A stretch of 64,000 nucleotides of DNA from a phage. Positions within the stretch are counted from its first letter, which is position 1. The number at the start of each line of letters is the position of its first letter. Positions 29,675-38,966 of this stretch are shown here, piece by piece. The position numbers were made by a program, and so were the translations under genes. The DNA lies in NCBI GenBank assembly GCA_037431425.1, contig GCA_037431425.1_4129.1. One strand, given 5' to 3'. Under the pieces are notes generated by a model. The model ran no database searches. It saw only the letters and a list, made by a program, of their open reading frames with translations, and was not told where the DNA came from.

Positions 29675-29866
29675 ATGTTGATTTATCAATGTGACGGTAT
29701 TCGTGTTCTACAACATCCTTATCTTCAAATCTTTCATGTTCAGATGTTTATGGAAGGTGATAATCCGAGAACTTATGAACGCACATATGATTATTTCACG
29801 GTCAAAGAGTGCGACAACATCGATGAAGTACGACGATTAGTACATGAACTCCAAAACAAAGGTTGA
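29675..29866 (+). CDS. hypothetical protein, 63 aa
   Basis: stop TGA lies inside cassette -35. Confidence 0.6.
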   Translation: MLIYQCDGIRVLQHPYLQIFHVQMFMEGDNPRTYERTYDYFTVKECDNIDEVRRLVHELQNKG

Positions 29867-29892
29867 CTTCGGTCAGCCTTTTTTGTTATAAT
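29861..29892 (+). promoter_or_regulatory. terminator-promoter cassette copy 1
   Basis: GGTTGAC-TTCG-GTCAGCC hairpin plus T6; TTGACT in the stem acts as -35, TATAAT 18 nt downstream. Confidence 0.75.
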
Positions 29893-29920
29893 TATTTTAT
29901 ATTCTAATGGAGTTTAAATT

Positions 29921-30361
29921 ATGTTAGTATATCGTTTTGAACTTAAATTTAGTTACATTGAACCTGATTTGAAACCAGCAACAAATGTTGGTCCATTTGC
30001 ACGGTATTCTTCAAAATATAGTACTAAAAATGGTTTTGACCGTTTGTATATGTCTACGCCTACGCAGTTCCAACCTGAACCAACTGATGATGGGATCTAT
30101 TCAATCAAATATGGATGGGCATTTGGCTGTCAAAGTTTGAATGATTTGTTTCGGTTCTTTACTATGGACTTGGGTAAATTACATCGTGCTGGGTTTGCTA
30201 TTTCCGTATATGACGTACCTGATAATCACGTTGATATTGGACGAAACCAGGTTCAGTTCCATTATAGGAGTGCAACTTTGGTTCGTATTATGTCTATTAA
30301 GGAAGCAAAGGATGAGTACCGCCATAGTAAAAGAATAATACATGAGGCTGTATATGGATAA
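29921..30361 (+). CDS. hypothetical protein, 146 aa
   Basis: GGAG SD. Confidence 0.75.
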   Translation: MLVYRFELKFSYIEPDLKPATNVGPFARYSSKYSTKNGFDRLYMSTPTQFQPEPTDDGIYSIKYGWAFGCQSLNDLFRFFTMDLGKLHRAGFAISVYDVPDNHVDIGRNQVQFHYRSATLVRIMSIKEAKDEYRHSKRIIHEAVYG

Positions 30362-30698
30362 GACTCAAATAGAATTAAAAAAATTTGTATCGTTCTATCT
30401 ACCAAATGATCCACGTAATTCACAAAAAGATTTTGAATATTATAATATCCTAAGTAAACAGTTAATGAGAAAGTTTCAACAGTGTTTAAGTATATTCAAT
30501 ACTGATGGTAGACGTAGATACCGAATCATTTCAATGAATGATGAAAACGCAAACTACTTTGATTATGATGTTGTTTTTAGAGCATATAATGATGACCGAA
30601 TTAAATTAAATTATGATCAAATAATATTTGATCTAAGTGCTATATCTGTTATAATTACTCACATCGCCGAGATTAATGGTTTTAAAGAGTGGTATTGA
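30354..30698 (+). CDS. hypothetical protein, 114 aa
   Basis: trimmed to ATG 30354, which overlaps the upstream stop (ATGGATAA). Confidence 0.65.
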   Translation: MDKTQIELKKFVSFYLPNDPRNSQKDFEYYNILSKQLMRKFQQCLSIFNTDGRRRYRIISMNDENANYFDYDVVFRAYNDDRIKLNYDQIIFDLSAISVIITHIAEINGFKEWY

Positions 30699-30712
30699 AT
30701 AGAGGACAATAT

Positions 30713-30979
30713 ATGAAGCTTAAATTGCAATATAATGGATTTACTTTACGTAATGATACTGAGTTTGTCAATCGTTCACCTGGTGCTGAACTTTTTTTGC
30801 GAGAGATGAACATTCCTTTCATCATCACTACTGTAGGAGATCGTGAAGTTTTACAATACGCAGAGCATCCTATTATTGATGTTCCTTGGTACTCTGAACA
30901 TATGTACATGGATATGGCACGTCGCTACAACTGTAAGTTCATAGTAGAAGGTGATAAAATTACAGTACAATTTAAATGA
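30713..30979 (+). CDS. hypothetical protein, 88 aa
   Basis: trimmed to ATG 30713 with AGAGGA SD. Confidence 0.65.
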   Translation: MKLKLQYNGFTLRNDTEFVNRSPGAELFLREMNIPFIITTVGDREVLQYAEHPIIDVPWYSEHMYMDMARRYNCKFIVEGDKITVQFK

Positions 30980-31046
30980 TGTGAATTGAAATGATCATTT
31001 AAGCATCATTGTAAATGTAGAAATGGTGTACATGAAGTATAATATA

Positions 31047-31080
31047 AAAAGGGAAATCATATATGGTTTCCCCTTTTTCT
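31047..31080 (+). terminator. rho-independent terminator
   Basis: AAAGGGAAA..TTTCCCCTTT plus T-run. Confidence 0.75.
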
Positions 31081-31120
31081 TATTACGTACAATTAAGGAC
31101 ATATATTAATTGAGGAAATT

Positions 31121-31693
31121 ATGAATCGTAAAGGTCGTTTTAAGGTATCAAAGAAGAACAAAAGTTCTAGATTTAAGCCTATAGTTTTAACCGTTAAAGC
31201 CAAAGCGGAATTAACTGCACTTAGTAAAAAGATCATTTCATCTAAGATTAAAGTATCATACGTAAATTCGGTAAAATATCGAAAGGTTAAACCACAAGAC
31301 CTACTCATTTCACTTATATTTGAACGTAATGATTTTGAGATATCAGTGGATGATTATAGAGCCTATAATGCTGGTTTCATTAATGTTACTTGTACTACAG
31401 AACTAACTGAATTAGAACATTTGTCATGTATAGTAAATCTCGATAAAGGTGTAGTGAAATACCACTTTGTACATTTTACTAATATTAATGATGGAAAGGG
31501 TGTACAATCCAGAACTATAGTACCTACATGTGATGTGACTAAATTATCAAAGCTCAATGACGAAGAATATTTTCAAGAAAGTACTGTAACTGAATATATA
31601 GATGAAATTATAGCAACTTACAAAGAATGTATATGGGTTTTAAATGCAATGAAGCCTAAATTATGTTTGATGAATATTGTACGTGATTTATGA
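31121..31693 (+). CDS. long-form EE-x-FQ-x-ST family protein, 190 aa
   Basis: basic N-terminus; motif NDEEYFQESTV. Confidence 0.75.
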   Translation: MNRKGRFKVSKKNKSSRFKPIVLTVKAKAELTALSKKIISSKIKVSYVNSVKYRKVKPQDLLISLIFERNDFEISVDDYRAYNAGFINVTCTTELTELEHLSCIVNLDKGVVKYHFVHFTNINDGKGVQSRTIVPTCDVTKLSKLNDEEYFQESTVTEYIDEIIATYKECIWVLNAMKPKLCLMNIVRDL

Positions 31694-31706
31694 ATAAGGA
31701 ATTGAA

Positions 31707-32150
31707 ATGTGTTGGGTAAATGTAAACAGTATTGAGCTTAATGAAAAAGATATTTTTGCATTTGTAAATTTAACAAATAATACAGTTCTAAAAGGTCGAT
31801 TGTTCAGTTCCAGCACTGGTGAAAAATGGATTTCATTGATGAATGATTGTGGTGAGATTTATAATGTGATGTCGTTACCACAATGGGTCTATAGTAACAC
31901 TGCGGATGATGTTCTTGCAGCAGTTATGCGTGAGTTTGAAAAACTTCCCGGTGGTGATATCAAAAACAAAGTTTTTAATGCCGAGCGTAAAAATTATACA
32001 GCACAGCAATTAGAATCACTCGCTATTGCTGCATATCAAGCTGCTATTAAGAAGCCAGAATGTGTTATTCTTAAGTATATTCCAGACTTAAAACTCACAT
32101 TGGAAGATATGGATGCATTCATTTTTACATCTGAACTTGAACAGTACTGA
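31707..32150 (+). CDS. hypothetical protein, 147 aa
   Basis: AAGGA SD. Confidence 0.75.
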   Translation: MCWVNVNSIELNEKDIFAFVNLTNNTVLKGRLFSSSTGEKWISLMNDCGEIYNVMSLPQWVYSNTADDVLAAVMREFEKLPGGDIKNKVFNAERKNYTAQQLESLAIAAYQAAIKKPECVILKYIPDLKLTLEDMDAFIFTSELEQY

Positions 32151-32263
32151 TTTAACTTTGGGACAAACCTTCCTATAATGATATAATTTTTTTGTCAGTT
32201 TATTTAAATGACATATGAAATATAAATATTATTGTAAAGTTTATCTCTTATAGGAGTTATAAA

Positions 32264-32647
32264 ATGGTTGATAAATGGAATAAGAAAGAACCATCTCATG
32301 ATGTGGATATTTCTGACCTAGATAATGAACATAAACACAAGTACCTAGATTCACTAGGACTACTAAAGCCGGACCAAAGTATTGCACATGATCGTCCTTC
32401 ACGTGAAAAAGCATTCAGTCTGGAATCTCTAGGTCATGAGCTAAATCGTGTGTTTGAAGAACACCCAATCTATGTACGTGATATTATTGAGAAACTTAAA
32501 GTAACTCCTAAAGAGCACTTTAAAGCAACTGTACACTCTGCATTCAATGCATTACATGAAGCACTTAAGAAAACTCACAACCTTCGTAAGATTCATGATG
32601 ATATTGTAAATGCAATTGAAAGTGAAAAGCATAAGTTCAAAAAGTAA
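32264..32647 (+). CDS. charged helical protein, 127 aa
   Basis: AGGAG SD; shares YLDSLGLL and VPKE modules with 32736 gene. Confidence 0.75.
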   Translation: MVDKWNKKEPSHDVDISDLDNEHKHKYLDSLGLLKPDQSIAHDRPSREKAFSLESLGHELNRVFEEHPIYVRDIIEKLKVTPKEHFKATVHSAFNALHEALKKTHNLRKIHDDIVNAIESEKHKFKK

Positions 32648-32654
32648 TAGAAAG

Positions 32655-32698
32655 GGTTGACTTCGGTCAGCCTTTTTTTATATACTATAAATATAATC
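32655..32698 (+). promoter_or_regulatory. terminator-promoter cassette copy 2
   Basis: GGTTGAC-TTCG-GTCAGCC plus T7; TATACT/TATAAT downstream. Confidence 0.7.
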
Positions 32699-32735
32699 AT
32701 AGAGAAAAAACATGAAATCTATGGAGAGAAATCAA

Positions 32736-33983
32736 ATGCCAAGTAATTTTACTGATAAAAATGGTGGTAACATGGCAGGTCACTCGGATAAATGGAGTGA
32801 ACGCAACCGCCGCCCAAATAGTTACCAAGCAGGCCAAGGTTCCCGTGGCTCCAGAAACCAAGGAACGGGACTTGCTGGCAAGGCAAACGCAGAAGCAGGT
32901 GAAGTTAAGAGTACTGAGAACATGACTGAGCTAGAAAAGCTACGTTATGTTAATTCATTAGGACTTCTTAATGCTACACAAAAACAACGTCTAGCTGATA
33001 TGGAACGCGAAGAAAAAGAAAAAACAACTACTAAAGAAGAATCAAAACAGGAAGCACCGAAGCCGTCTAACCCTGTCAAAGAACTGTCTGATAAGTTAGG
33101 TAAGATCTTTGCAAATAAACCCCAACTTATTCAAGGTATTGTCAAAGAATTACAATCTGTACCTAAAGAAGAATTAAAAGTCAAAGCACAAGCTGTTCTG
33201 GATGCAATGAAAGGAAATACCAGTACTGAACCAACTGAAGTGTTCAGTACTATTATGCGTGCACTGGAAGGTAAACAACAAGGTGAAGAACGTGGTGATG
33301 AAGTAAGTCTTGAACGTATTCTTAAAACATTTGATAGTATTGGGAAAGAAGATCGTGTTAATGCACAACAGGTTAAAAATGTTCTAGCAAAATTGGAAAA
33401 CCGTCTAGAAGGTAAAGATGATAAGATTAAATTGGTATCTGATGTAGTTGACAATGCACTTAAATCTTATGTACAAGGTGAAAAGAGTCGTTTTGTGACC
33501 GCGATGGATGCAGCATTCAATACTATGAAAAAGTACGAAGCTGACCATGGTGAGAAGGTTACACCTGATGGTTATCTGATGCGTGATGATGAAGAAGGTG
33601 CAGTAGAACAGAATGATGTTCATTCTGACGAAGATATTGATGACATGGAAGCTGAACTGTCACAAGATCGCCAAATGACTGAAAAATCACACAACGAACT
33701 AAAGAAATTAATGCAGTGGGTCGCTGATGTTGGAGAAAAAGCGGGTGCTGATAAGAAAAGTATAAACCGAAATCTTAGTTGGATTAAAGATAAAGTAGGT
33801 AACAACGCTCGCAAACTACAAAAAGCATGGACTGATGTAGTGAATGGTGCAGTAGATATTGACGTTGAATCTGGTGAAGCATATGATTATGCATTGACTA
33901 CACTTGATGATTCTTTTCGTGACTACGAAAAAGGAAACGTGACTCCTTGGGAAAAGGACATAATGAGCAAATACGGCAAATGA
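32736..33983 (+). CDS. large charged, low-complexity protein, about 415 aa
   Basis: GGAGA SD favours ATG 32736 over the track start 32712; paralogous modules with 32264. Confidence 0.75.
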   Translation: MPSNFTDKNGGNMAGHSDKWSERNRRPNSYQAGQGSRGSRNQGTGLAGKANAEAGEVKSTENMTELEKLRYVNSLGLLNATQKQRLADMEREEKEKTTTKEESKQEAPKPSNPVKELSDKLGKIFANKPQLIQGIVKELQSVPKEELKVKAQAVLDAMKGNTSTEPTEVFSTIMRALEGKQQGEERGDEVSLERILKTFDSIGKEDRVNAQQVKNVLAKLENRLEGKDDKIKLVSDVVDNALKSYVQGEKSRFVTAMDAAFNTMKKYEADHGEKVTPDGYLMRDDEEGAVEQNDVHSDEDIDDMEAELSQDRQMTEKSHNELKKLMQWVADVGEKAGADKKSINRNLSWIKDKVGNNARKLQKAWTDVVNGAVDIDVESGEAYDYALTTLDDSFRDYEKGNVTPWEKDIMSKYGK

Positions 33984-33992
33984 TAACAAAAA

Positions 33993-34024
33993 GGTTGACT
34001 TCGGTCAGCCTTTTTTGTTATGAT
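33993..34024 (+). promoter_or_regulatory. terminator-promoter cassette copy 3
   Basis: GGTTGAC-TTCG-GTCAGCC plus T6; -10 TATGAT. Confidence 0.7.
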
Positions 34025-34052
34025 AGTGCTATCCACTATTGAGGCCAGAGAG

Positions 34053-34694
34053 ATGACAAAGCAAGAAATATTCAAAACTTTAATTGACATATTACGTCCA
34101 TCTAAATTACGGTGTGCAATGGAGTTTGATATTCCTTATGCTGAACAGGTAATCTTTCCACAAGTGAAATCGGCAGGACTTACGTTACTTGGTATGGGAA
34201 TGTACTCTGTAGTAGTTGAACATAAAAACTATCCAGGTCGTGCATTTAAAGTAACCACGTCACGATGGGATGGTTTTCGTGCTTATGCAAAGTACTGCAT
34301 TGAAAACGCAGGAACTAAATTTCTTCCTGTTATATACAGTGCAAATGAGCAAGGAAACTTCGGCTGGTATGAGATGGATAAGTATTACCCTATAATTAAA
34401 CAAAAAAATAATTACGATGATTTTGTGAGTACTAAAATTGGTGATTTATATTCGTATGCACATGCTGGACAATATGCTTCATCAATATCTAATATGCGTG
34501 GTAGTCCAGAAGAAATTGCTATTGCAACAGTTGTTGCGAACATAATGAAAGAGTTTCATGGTCGTTTTGTACCAGACATTCATTCCAGAAATGTAATGAT
34601 GGACAAAGATGGTAACGTATATATCACAGATCCTATTTCATGTGATGTACGGAGAGAAATACCAATCACACAAGAAGACCCAGTTTTTTATTGA
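34053..34694 (+). CDS. protein-kinase-like (PKL fold) protein, 213 aa
   Basis: GMGMYSVV (Gly loop), RAFKV (AxK), PDIHSRNVMMDKDGNVYITDP (HxD/N catalytic loop plus metal-binding D); start moved off the cassette -10. Confidence 0.6.
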   Translation: MTKQEIFKTLIDILRPSKLRCAMEFDIPYAEQVIFPQVKSAGLTLLGMGMYSVVVEHKNYPGRAFKVTTSRWDGFRAYAKYCIENAGTKFLPVIYSANEQGNFGWYEMDKYYPIIKQKNNYDDFVSTKIGDLYSYAHAGQYASSISNMRGSPEEIAIATVVANIMKEFHGRFVPDIHSRNVMMDKDGNVYITDPISCDVRREIPITQEDPVFY

Positions 34695-34719
34695 CAGAAC
34701 TTTAATACTGTTATATTAT
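34691..34719 (+). promoter_or_regulatory. possible promoter TTGACA..TATATT
   Basis: -35 overlaps upstream stop; spacer 15-17 depending on -10 choice. Confidence 0.4.
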
Positions 34720-34757
34720 TTAAAAATGATAAACGAATTGCATCTAAGGGTAAAATC

Positions 34758-35039
34758 ATGCGTTCATTTGAAAACTTAATCGGAAAAAACCGTTTAGCAG
34801 AAATTGAAGCAGATGTAAAAGAATTGTCACAATCAAAAAGTTATATCCACTTAGATGAACTTTTTATTAAGTACGGTGAAATTGGATTTAAGACACTATT
34901 TGTTTTTACTTTGAAAGTACACAGTTTAAAGTACTTCGATTTAAGTTATAAAAATGGTCAACCGAATCTATATCATATGTATTATCTCAAGAATATAGAA
35001 GAAGCTCATTCCTTATTTTCTGAATATCTGAAGGTATAA
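34758..35039 (+). CDS. hypothetical protein, 93 aa
   Basis: AAGGG SD. Confidence 0.7.
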   Translation: MRSFENLIGKNRLAEIEADVKELSQSKSYIHLDELFIKYGEIGFKTLFVFTLKVHSLKYFDLSYKNGQPNLYHMYYLKNIEEAHSLFSEYLKV

Positions 35040-35040
35040 A

Positions 35041-35379
35041 ATGGAACAATATTTTGAATTAATTAATAAAGTGTCATTCTATGTAGTGTCATTGACGTGG
35101 GTTTATTTCATGTTTTGCTACATTATTGCATTCTTCCGATATACTACTTTATATGAACGTATCTATTATGATGCACCAATTTCATTCTTGGTGTTCTGTG
35201 CATGTACGTGGGGAATATTAGAAGTACTGATATGTGGATATAGAACTGATGAATTAAATCTGGTATCGGTATTGACTGGGTTATCACTTGGTGTTATGAT
35301 ATCTTTCTTTCCAGTATGGTTGTTCTTTGAACTGATCCATCGCATTGATGTATGGCGTTCTAATATCCCTGAAAAATAA
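35041..35379 (+). CDS. small polytopic membrane protein family, 112 aa
   Basis: 3 TM; C-terminal RSNIPEK tail shared with paralogues. Confidence 0.75.
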   Translation: MEQYFELINKVSFYVVSLTWVYFMFCYIIAFFRYTTLYERIYYDAPISFLVFCACTWGILEVLICGYRTDELNLVSVLTGLSLGVMISFFPVWLFFELIHRIDVWRSNIPEK

Positions 35380-35388
35380 GGATTGATA

Positions 35389-35730
35389 ATGATTTTCTAT
35401 ACTAATGCGTTTGCTTATGCTATTGCATCAATCTACATTGTGTACTTCTTATTTGGTGGAGTACTGTACTTCTTTAAGTACAAAACATTGTTTAACCGAA
35501 TGTATCCAAATCACCCAATTGTAGTAGTACTTTTGATAATTTCTGTTGCTCATATCATTGTAGAAACAATAATGGGTATCAGTGCAGTACATTACAGTCT
35601 AGGTACTATTGTAATTATTACTATGATCATAGCATACATTTTAGTAATGGGTTCTGGTTTATTTGGGAATGTAGCAATGAAAATGTATAATCGAATCAAA
35701 ACATTACGTGATAATCTACCGGAGCGTTGA
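35389..35730 (+). CDS. small polytopic membrane protein family, 113 aa
   Basis: ATG 35389 with AAGGA SD (track used TTG 35383); tail RDNLPER. Confidence 0.75.
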   Translation: MIFYTNAFAYAIASIYIVYFLFGGVLYFFKYKTLFNRMYPNHPIVVVLLIISVAHIIVETIMGISAVHYSLGTIVIITMIIAYILVMGSGLFGNVAMKMYNRIKTLRDNLPER

Positions 35731-35731
35731 G

Positions 35732-36076
35732 TTGTATAATTTAAATTTAATATCATATATCATAACAACAATGTTTACTTTCTATGCCTTTGTTGGTATA
35801 ATCCTACTGTACTTTAAATTTTATAAAGTCTTTGACCGTTTATTTCCATCATTGGAACATGAATTCTTAGTGGTGATGTACATATGTTTAACGTGTATGT
35901 CTACATTTTTCACTGTATTTGATGGTATCATCGGTATTAAAGCTGAAGATCCAAATGGAAGTACACTTGTTGCCTTTATCCTGGTAGGATTCTTCGGCAC
36001 TTATATCACTTTCATTTCAACATGGTCTGTGGTTGATTATCTCATTAGATTACGAGATAAAATGCCAAATCGATAG
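35732..36076 (+). CDS. small polytopic membrane protein family, about 114 aa
   Basis: start uncertain (TTG 35732 after GGAG, or GTG 35708); tail RDKMPNR. Confidence 0.65.
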   Translation: MYNLNLISYIITTMFTFYAFVGIILLYFKFYKVFDRLFPSLEHEFLVVMYICLTCMSTFFTVFDGIIGIKAEDPNGSTLVAFILVGFFGTYITFISTWSVVDYLIRLRDKMPNR

Positions 36077-36085
36077 GGGATTGCT

Positions 36086-36343
36086 ATGTTTGCATTGCGT
36101 AATAAAAATACAAAAGAGATTCTATGTATCTCAGCAGTATGGGATTGTGCAGGAAGTGAAATGATCCTCGAAGAAGGTTCAGGTGATTGTGTTTATGTTG
36201 TTCAGGATCGTCGTGAACTTGAATCATTACTTGATGAATTTAATGCTGGTGGTAATCCTAAAAGTACTGAATTCCCTGTGATTATTAATCCAGCACCACC
36301 TGGTTCTTATGAAATTCTACAACTGTGGGAGATGGATAAGTAA
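36086..36343 (+). CDS. hypothetical protein, 85 aa
   Basis: paralogue of 38215 (MFALRNK/MYALYNK; ..LESLLDEF/..LQRLLEN). Confidence 0.7.
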   Translation: MFALRNKNTKEILCISAVWDCAGSEMILEEGSGDCVYVVQDRRELESLLDEFNAGGNPKSTEFPVIINPAPPGSYEILQLWEMDK

Positions 36344-36723
36344 TGCGTCAAATGTACAAAGTAACCGAGCTAAACAAGCGTCTGATTAAACAATCAATGT
36401 TCGAGGACAAAGAGTCTTATTATAACTTTAAACGTGCTGTAGAGGCTGCTATCCATATCCAGAAGCTTAAAGATAGTGGTTGTATTATTCTCGAAAATGG
36501 TTCTGATGTTGTAACGGATGACTTTAGTGTAGCGTTTGATGTTTCACCAGATGGTATACTATCAATGCCACGATTAGGAACTGGAAACATGACTGTTTGG
36601 GTCGGCTTCACTATGGGTAATGTACCAGACACGGTGTATGTAGATGATATTGAGTTGAAAGAAAGCTTCAAAAACTTATCTTATCTTGAACCACAATACG
36701 CACATGAAATGAATTTATTTTGA
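36343..36723 (+). CDS. hypothetical protein, 126 aa
   Basis: TAATG coupling. Confidence 0.75.
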   Translation: MRQMYKVTELNKRLIKQSMFEDKESYYNFKRAVEAAIHIQKLKDSGCIILENGSDVVTDDFSVAFDVSPDGILSMPRLGTGNMTVWVGFTMGNVPDTVYVDDIELKESFKNLSYLEPQYAHEMNLF

Positions 36724-36724
36724 G

Positions 36725-36752
36725 TTGACAAACAGATTTAGTACTGTATAAT
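36725..36752 (+). promoter_or_regulatory. promoter TTGACA-N16-TATAAT with AGTACT in spacer
   Basis: read directly; leader hairpin GGGATG..CATCCC. Confidence 0.7.
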
Positions 36753-36799
36753 GTTTACCAACGGGATGAATTTCCCATCCCTACTATCGAGGAATTACC

Positions 36800-37354
36800 A
36801 TGATTACTTTTAAGAAAACAGCTAACCATATCCATGAAATTTACATTAACGGTCATAAAGCTGGGCTTCTTCGCTTACTGGCACATCATCCTAATGTAGA
36901 CGTATCTGATAATGAACCTAAAGATTGGCGTGTCTTTTTCTTTGGAAAGTACAGTGATTTTCAAGTATCAAATCTGAAGAAGATTCGTTCAGTATGCACG
37001 TTAACTGAAATTAAAGAAAAGTTAGCAGAAGCACTGAAAACCAATCCAGATGGAATCCTTCCTCCTGATAACTTTGTAGATAAAGGTTATGCTTTAGCTC
37101 ATTTCAAAGATGGTACTATTCAATCTATTAGTACTGAATATGAATATCAATGGACTGAGTACTTCACTTATGGCTCACCTAATACATTGATGGCTTCACG
37201 TAGTAAATTGGAAGAAGTACTGACACGTATTAATGAACGCGAGCGTCAGTTCTATGACAAACCAGAAATGTGGAGTTCAACTCACATTGACCGTATTGAC
37301 TATGTTATTATGACTCCAATCTTTAACACTGCTTACTATGATTCTTTGAAATAA
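36800..37354 (+). CDS. hypothetical protein, 184 aa
   Basis: GAGGA SD. Confidence 0.8.
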   Translation: MITFKKTANHIHEIYINGHKAGLLRLLAHHPNVDVSDNEPKDWRVFFFGKYSDFQVSNLKKIRSVCTLTEIKEKLAEALKTNPDGILPPDNFVDKGYALAHFKDGTIQSISTEYEYQWTEYFTYGSPNTLMASRSKLEEVLTRINERERQFYDKPEMWSSTHIDRIDYVIMTPIFNTAYYDSLK

Positions 37355-37365
37355 GGATAACTTAT

Positions 37366-37542
37366 ATGAAACTACGTACTCGTAATCGCCTGATGGATGC
37401 ACTGTACCATGAACAGTATTCATTAAATGAAGTAAAGAGACAGTTAATGTATACATATCAGTTACCTGCCCGTGCTGCGAAACAACGTGCTAAAGAATTA
37501 CTGAAAGAAGCTATCGAGTACTGGGAGTCTGATTCGTATTAA
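37366..37542 (+). CDS. small basic helical protein, 58 aa
   Basis: hand-translated MKLRTRNRLMDALYHEQ...; AAGGA SD; below track cut-off. Confidence 0.55.
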   Translation: MKLRTRNRLMDALYHEQYSLNEVKRQLMYTYQLPARAAKQRAKELLKEAIEYWESDSY

Positions 37543-37581
37543 TATTACGTGATATGTCACATTAATTAAGTGAGACGATAA

Positions 37582-37833
37582 ATGAAAATTTTATTAGTTC
37601 TAATACTACTAATTGTTTTACCATTTACTTTAGTATCTCCTGAACTTGCATGGAATGTGTTTGTGTACTTGGTATGTACTATTGCGGTAAATGGTATCTT
37701 GTTCTTAGTTCTATTCATAAATGGAATAGGACACGGTGGTGGATGGACCAGTACTGCTAATATTGTACATAAAACCACTATGTCTTTATTTGTAGTGTGG
37801 AATTTATTCTGGACTTGGTTTGTGTTCTTCTAA
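37582..37833 (+). CDS. membrane protein, 83 aa
   Basis: 3 hydrophobic helices. Confidence 0.7.
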   Translation: MKILLVLILLIVLPFTLVSPELAWNVFVYLVCTIAVNGILFLVLFINGIGHGGGWTSTANIVHKTTMSLFVVWNLFWTWFVFF

Positions 37834-37841
37834 TTAAAAAT

Positions 37842-38213
37842 ATGAATATAGATTTGAAAGGTTCAACACGAACTGTTATCCTTATTGGTGATTATGCTAT
37901 TAAGATTCCAACCTTTAAAAGTTGGAAGTTATTCCTAACTGGAATGATAGCGAACCTCAATGAACGTTCATGGATGCAGTACTCCAATCGTAGTGATAGT
38001 GGAATATCCCCTACGCTGTGGTCCTCTCGTACTGGTTTAATAACAATACAGAAACGTTGTAAACCTGTACAACATAGGGGTTTATTTTGGGTTGAGTTGT
38101 GTGCGTTGGCATCAAAATCAGAGTTGAATACTGACTTCTTCTATTCAGATGCGAAGCCAGAAAACTTTGGGTATCTGTGTGGTAAGTTGGTTAAACTTGA
38201 TTATGGAGATTAA
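37842..38213 (+). CDS. minimal protein-kinase-like protein, 123 aa
   Basis: YAIKIP (VAIK-like), SDAKPENFG (catalytic-loop-like), KLDYG (DFG-like); unusually short. Confidence 0.5.
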   Translation: MNIDLKGSTRTVILIGDYAIKIPTFKSWKLFLTGMIANLNERSWMQYSNRSDSGISPTLWSSRTGLITIQKRCKPVQHRGLFWVELCALASKSELNTDFFYSDAKPENFGYLCGKLVKLDYGD

Positions 38214-38214
38214 T

Positions 38215-38484
38215 ATGTACGCATTGTATAATAAAGAAAAGAAACGATTTGCTAAGGTTGAAATTTCGATTGATACATTTGACATGTTGGAGTACTGTAT
38301 TGTAACGGATTTATATGCTAACTTGTATTACGTTCTTGATGACGTATCAGTACTGCAACGATTGCTTGAGAATTCCAAAAGTCAATGCCAGGGCATCTAT
38401 GATGGTTCATCTTATGAAACACCTGAGTGTTCCTACGGCTATCTGGACGGGTATGAGATTGTGAAGTTGGGGATTGTTGAATAA
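38215..38484 (+). CDS. hypothetical protein, 89 aa
   Basis: trimmed to ATG 38215 with GGAGA SD. Confidence 0.65.
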   Translation: MYALYNKEKKRFAKVEISIDTFDMLEYCIVTDLYANLYYVLDDVSVLQRLLENSKSQCQGIYDGSSYETPECSYGYLDGYEIVKLGIVE

Positions 38485-38496
38485 ATGGATTAAACA

Positions 38497-38910
38497 ATGA
38501 AGAAGTGTATCACGTGTAATATTGAAAAAGACATTAGTGAATTTGGTATAAGAAAAGATACTGGGAAACATAGAAATACATGCAAAGGTTGTAGTAATAT
38601 TACCAGTAAGAAAACCAGAAATAAAAAAACTGATGTCAAAAAACTTGAAGAAATCAAAAGAAAAAATAAAGATTTCATGTCCAGAGTTAAATCATTTTAT
38701 GGTTGTAGTATTTGTATGATGAAGTATCCAGAATGTTTAGACTTTCATCATCTTGATCCGAATATCAAAGAACATACACCAAGTTCTATGTTCAGTAAAA
38801 GTCGAGATGCTATCAAAGATGAAATTCGAAAGTGTATGATTCTTTGTTCTAATCATCATCGCATGGTCCATTCTGGAAGACTATGCTTAATTGAAAGAAA
38901 AAAGGGTTGA
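38497..38910 (+). CDS. HNH homing-type endonuclease, 137 aa
   Basis: CxxC..CxxC zinc motifs; CLDFHHLDP...LCSNHHRMVH. Confidence 0.75.
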   Translation: MKKCITCNIEKDISEFGIRKDTGKHRNTCKGCSNITSKKTRNKKTDVKKLEEIKRKNKDFMSRVKSFYGCSICMMKYPECLDFHHLDPNIKEHTPSSMFSKSRDAIKDEIRKCMILCSNHHRMVHSGRLCLIERKKG

Positions 38911-38936
38911 CTTCTGTCAGCCCTTTTTGCTATAAT
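38904..38936 (+). promoter_or_regulatory. terminator-promoter cassette copy 4
   Basis: GGGTTGAC-TTCT-GTCAGCCC plus T-run; TATAAT 18 nt after -35. Confidence 0.75.
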
Positions 38937-38966
38937 CATTTCATCGAAGCTTGAGGATATTAAAAA

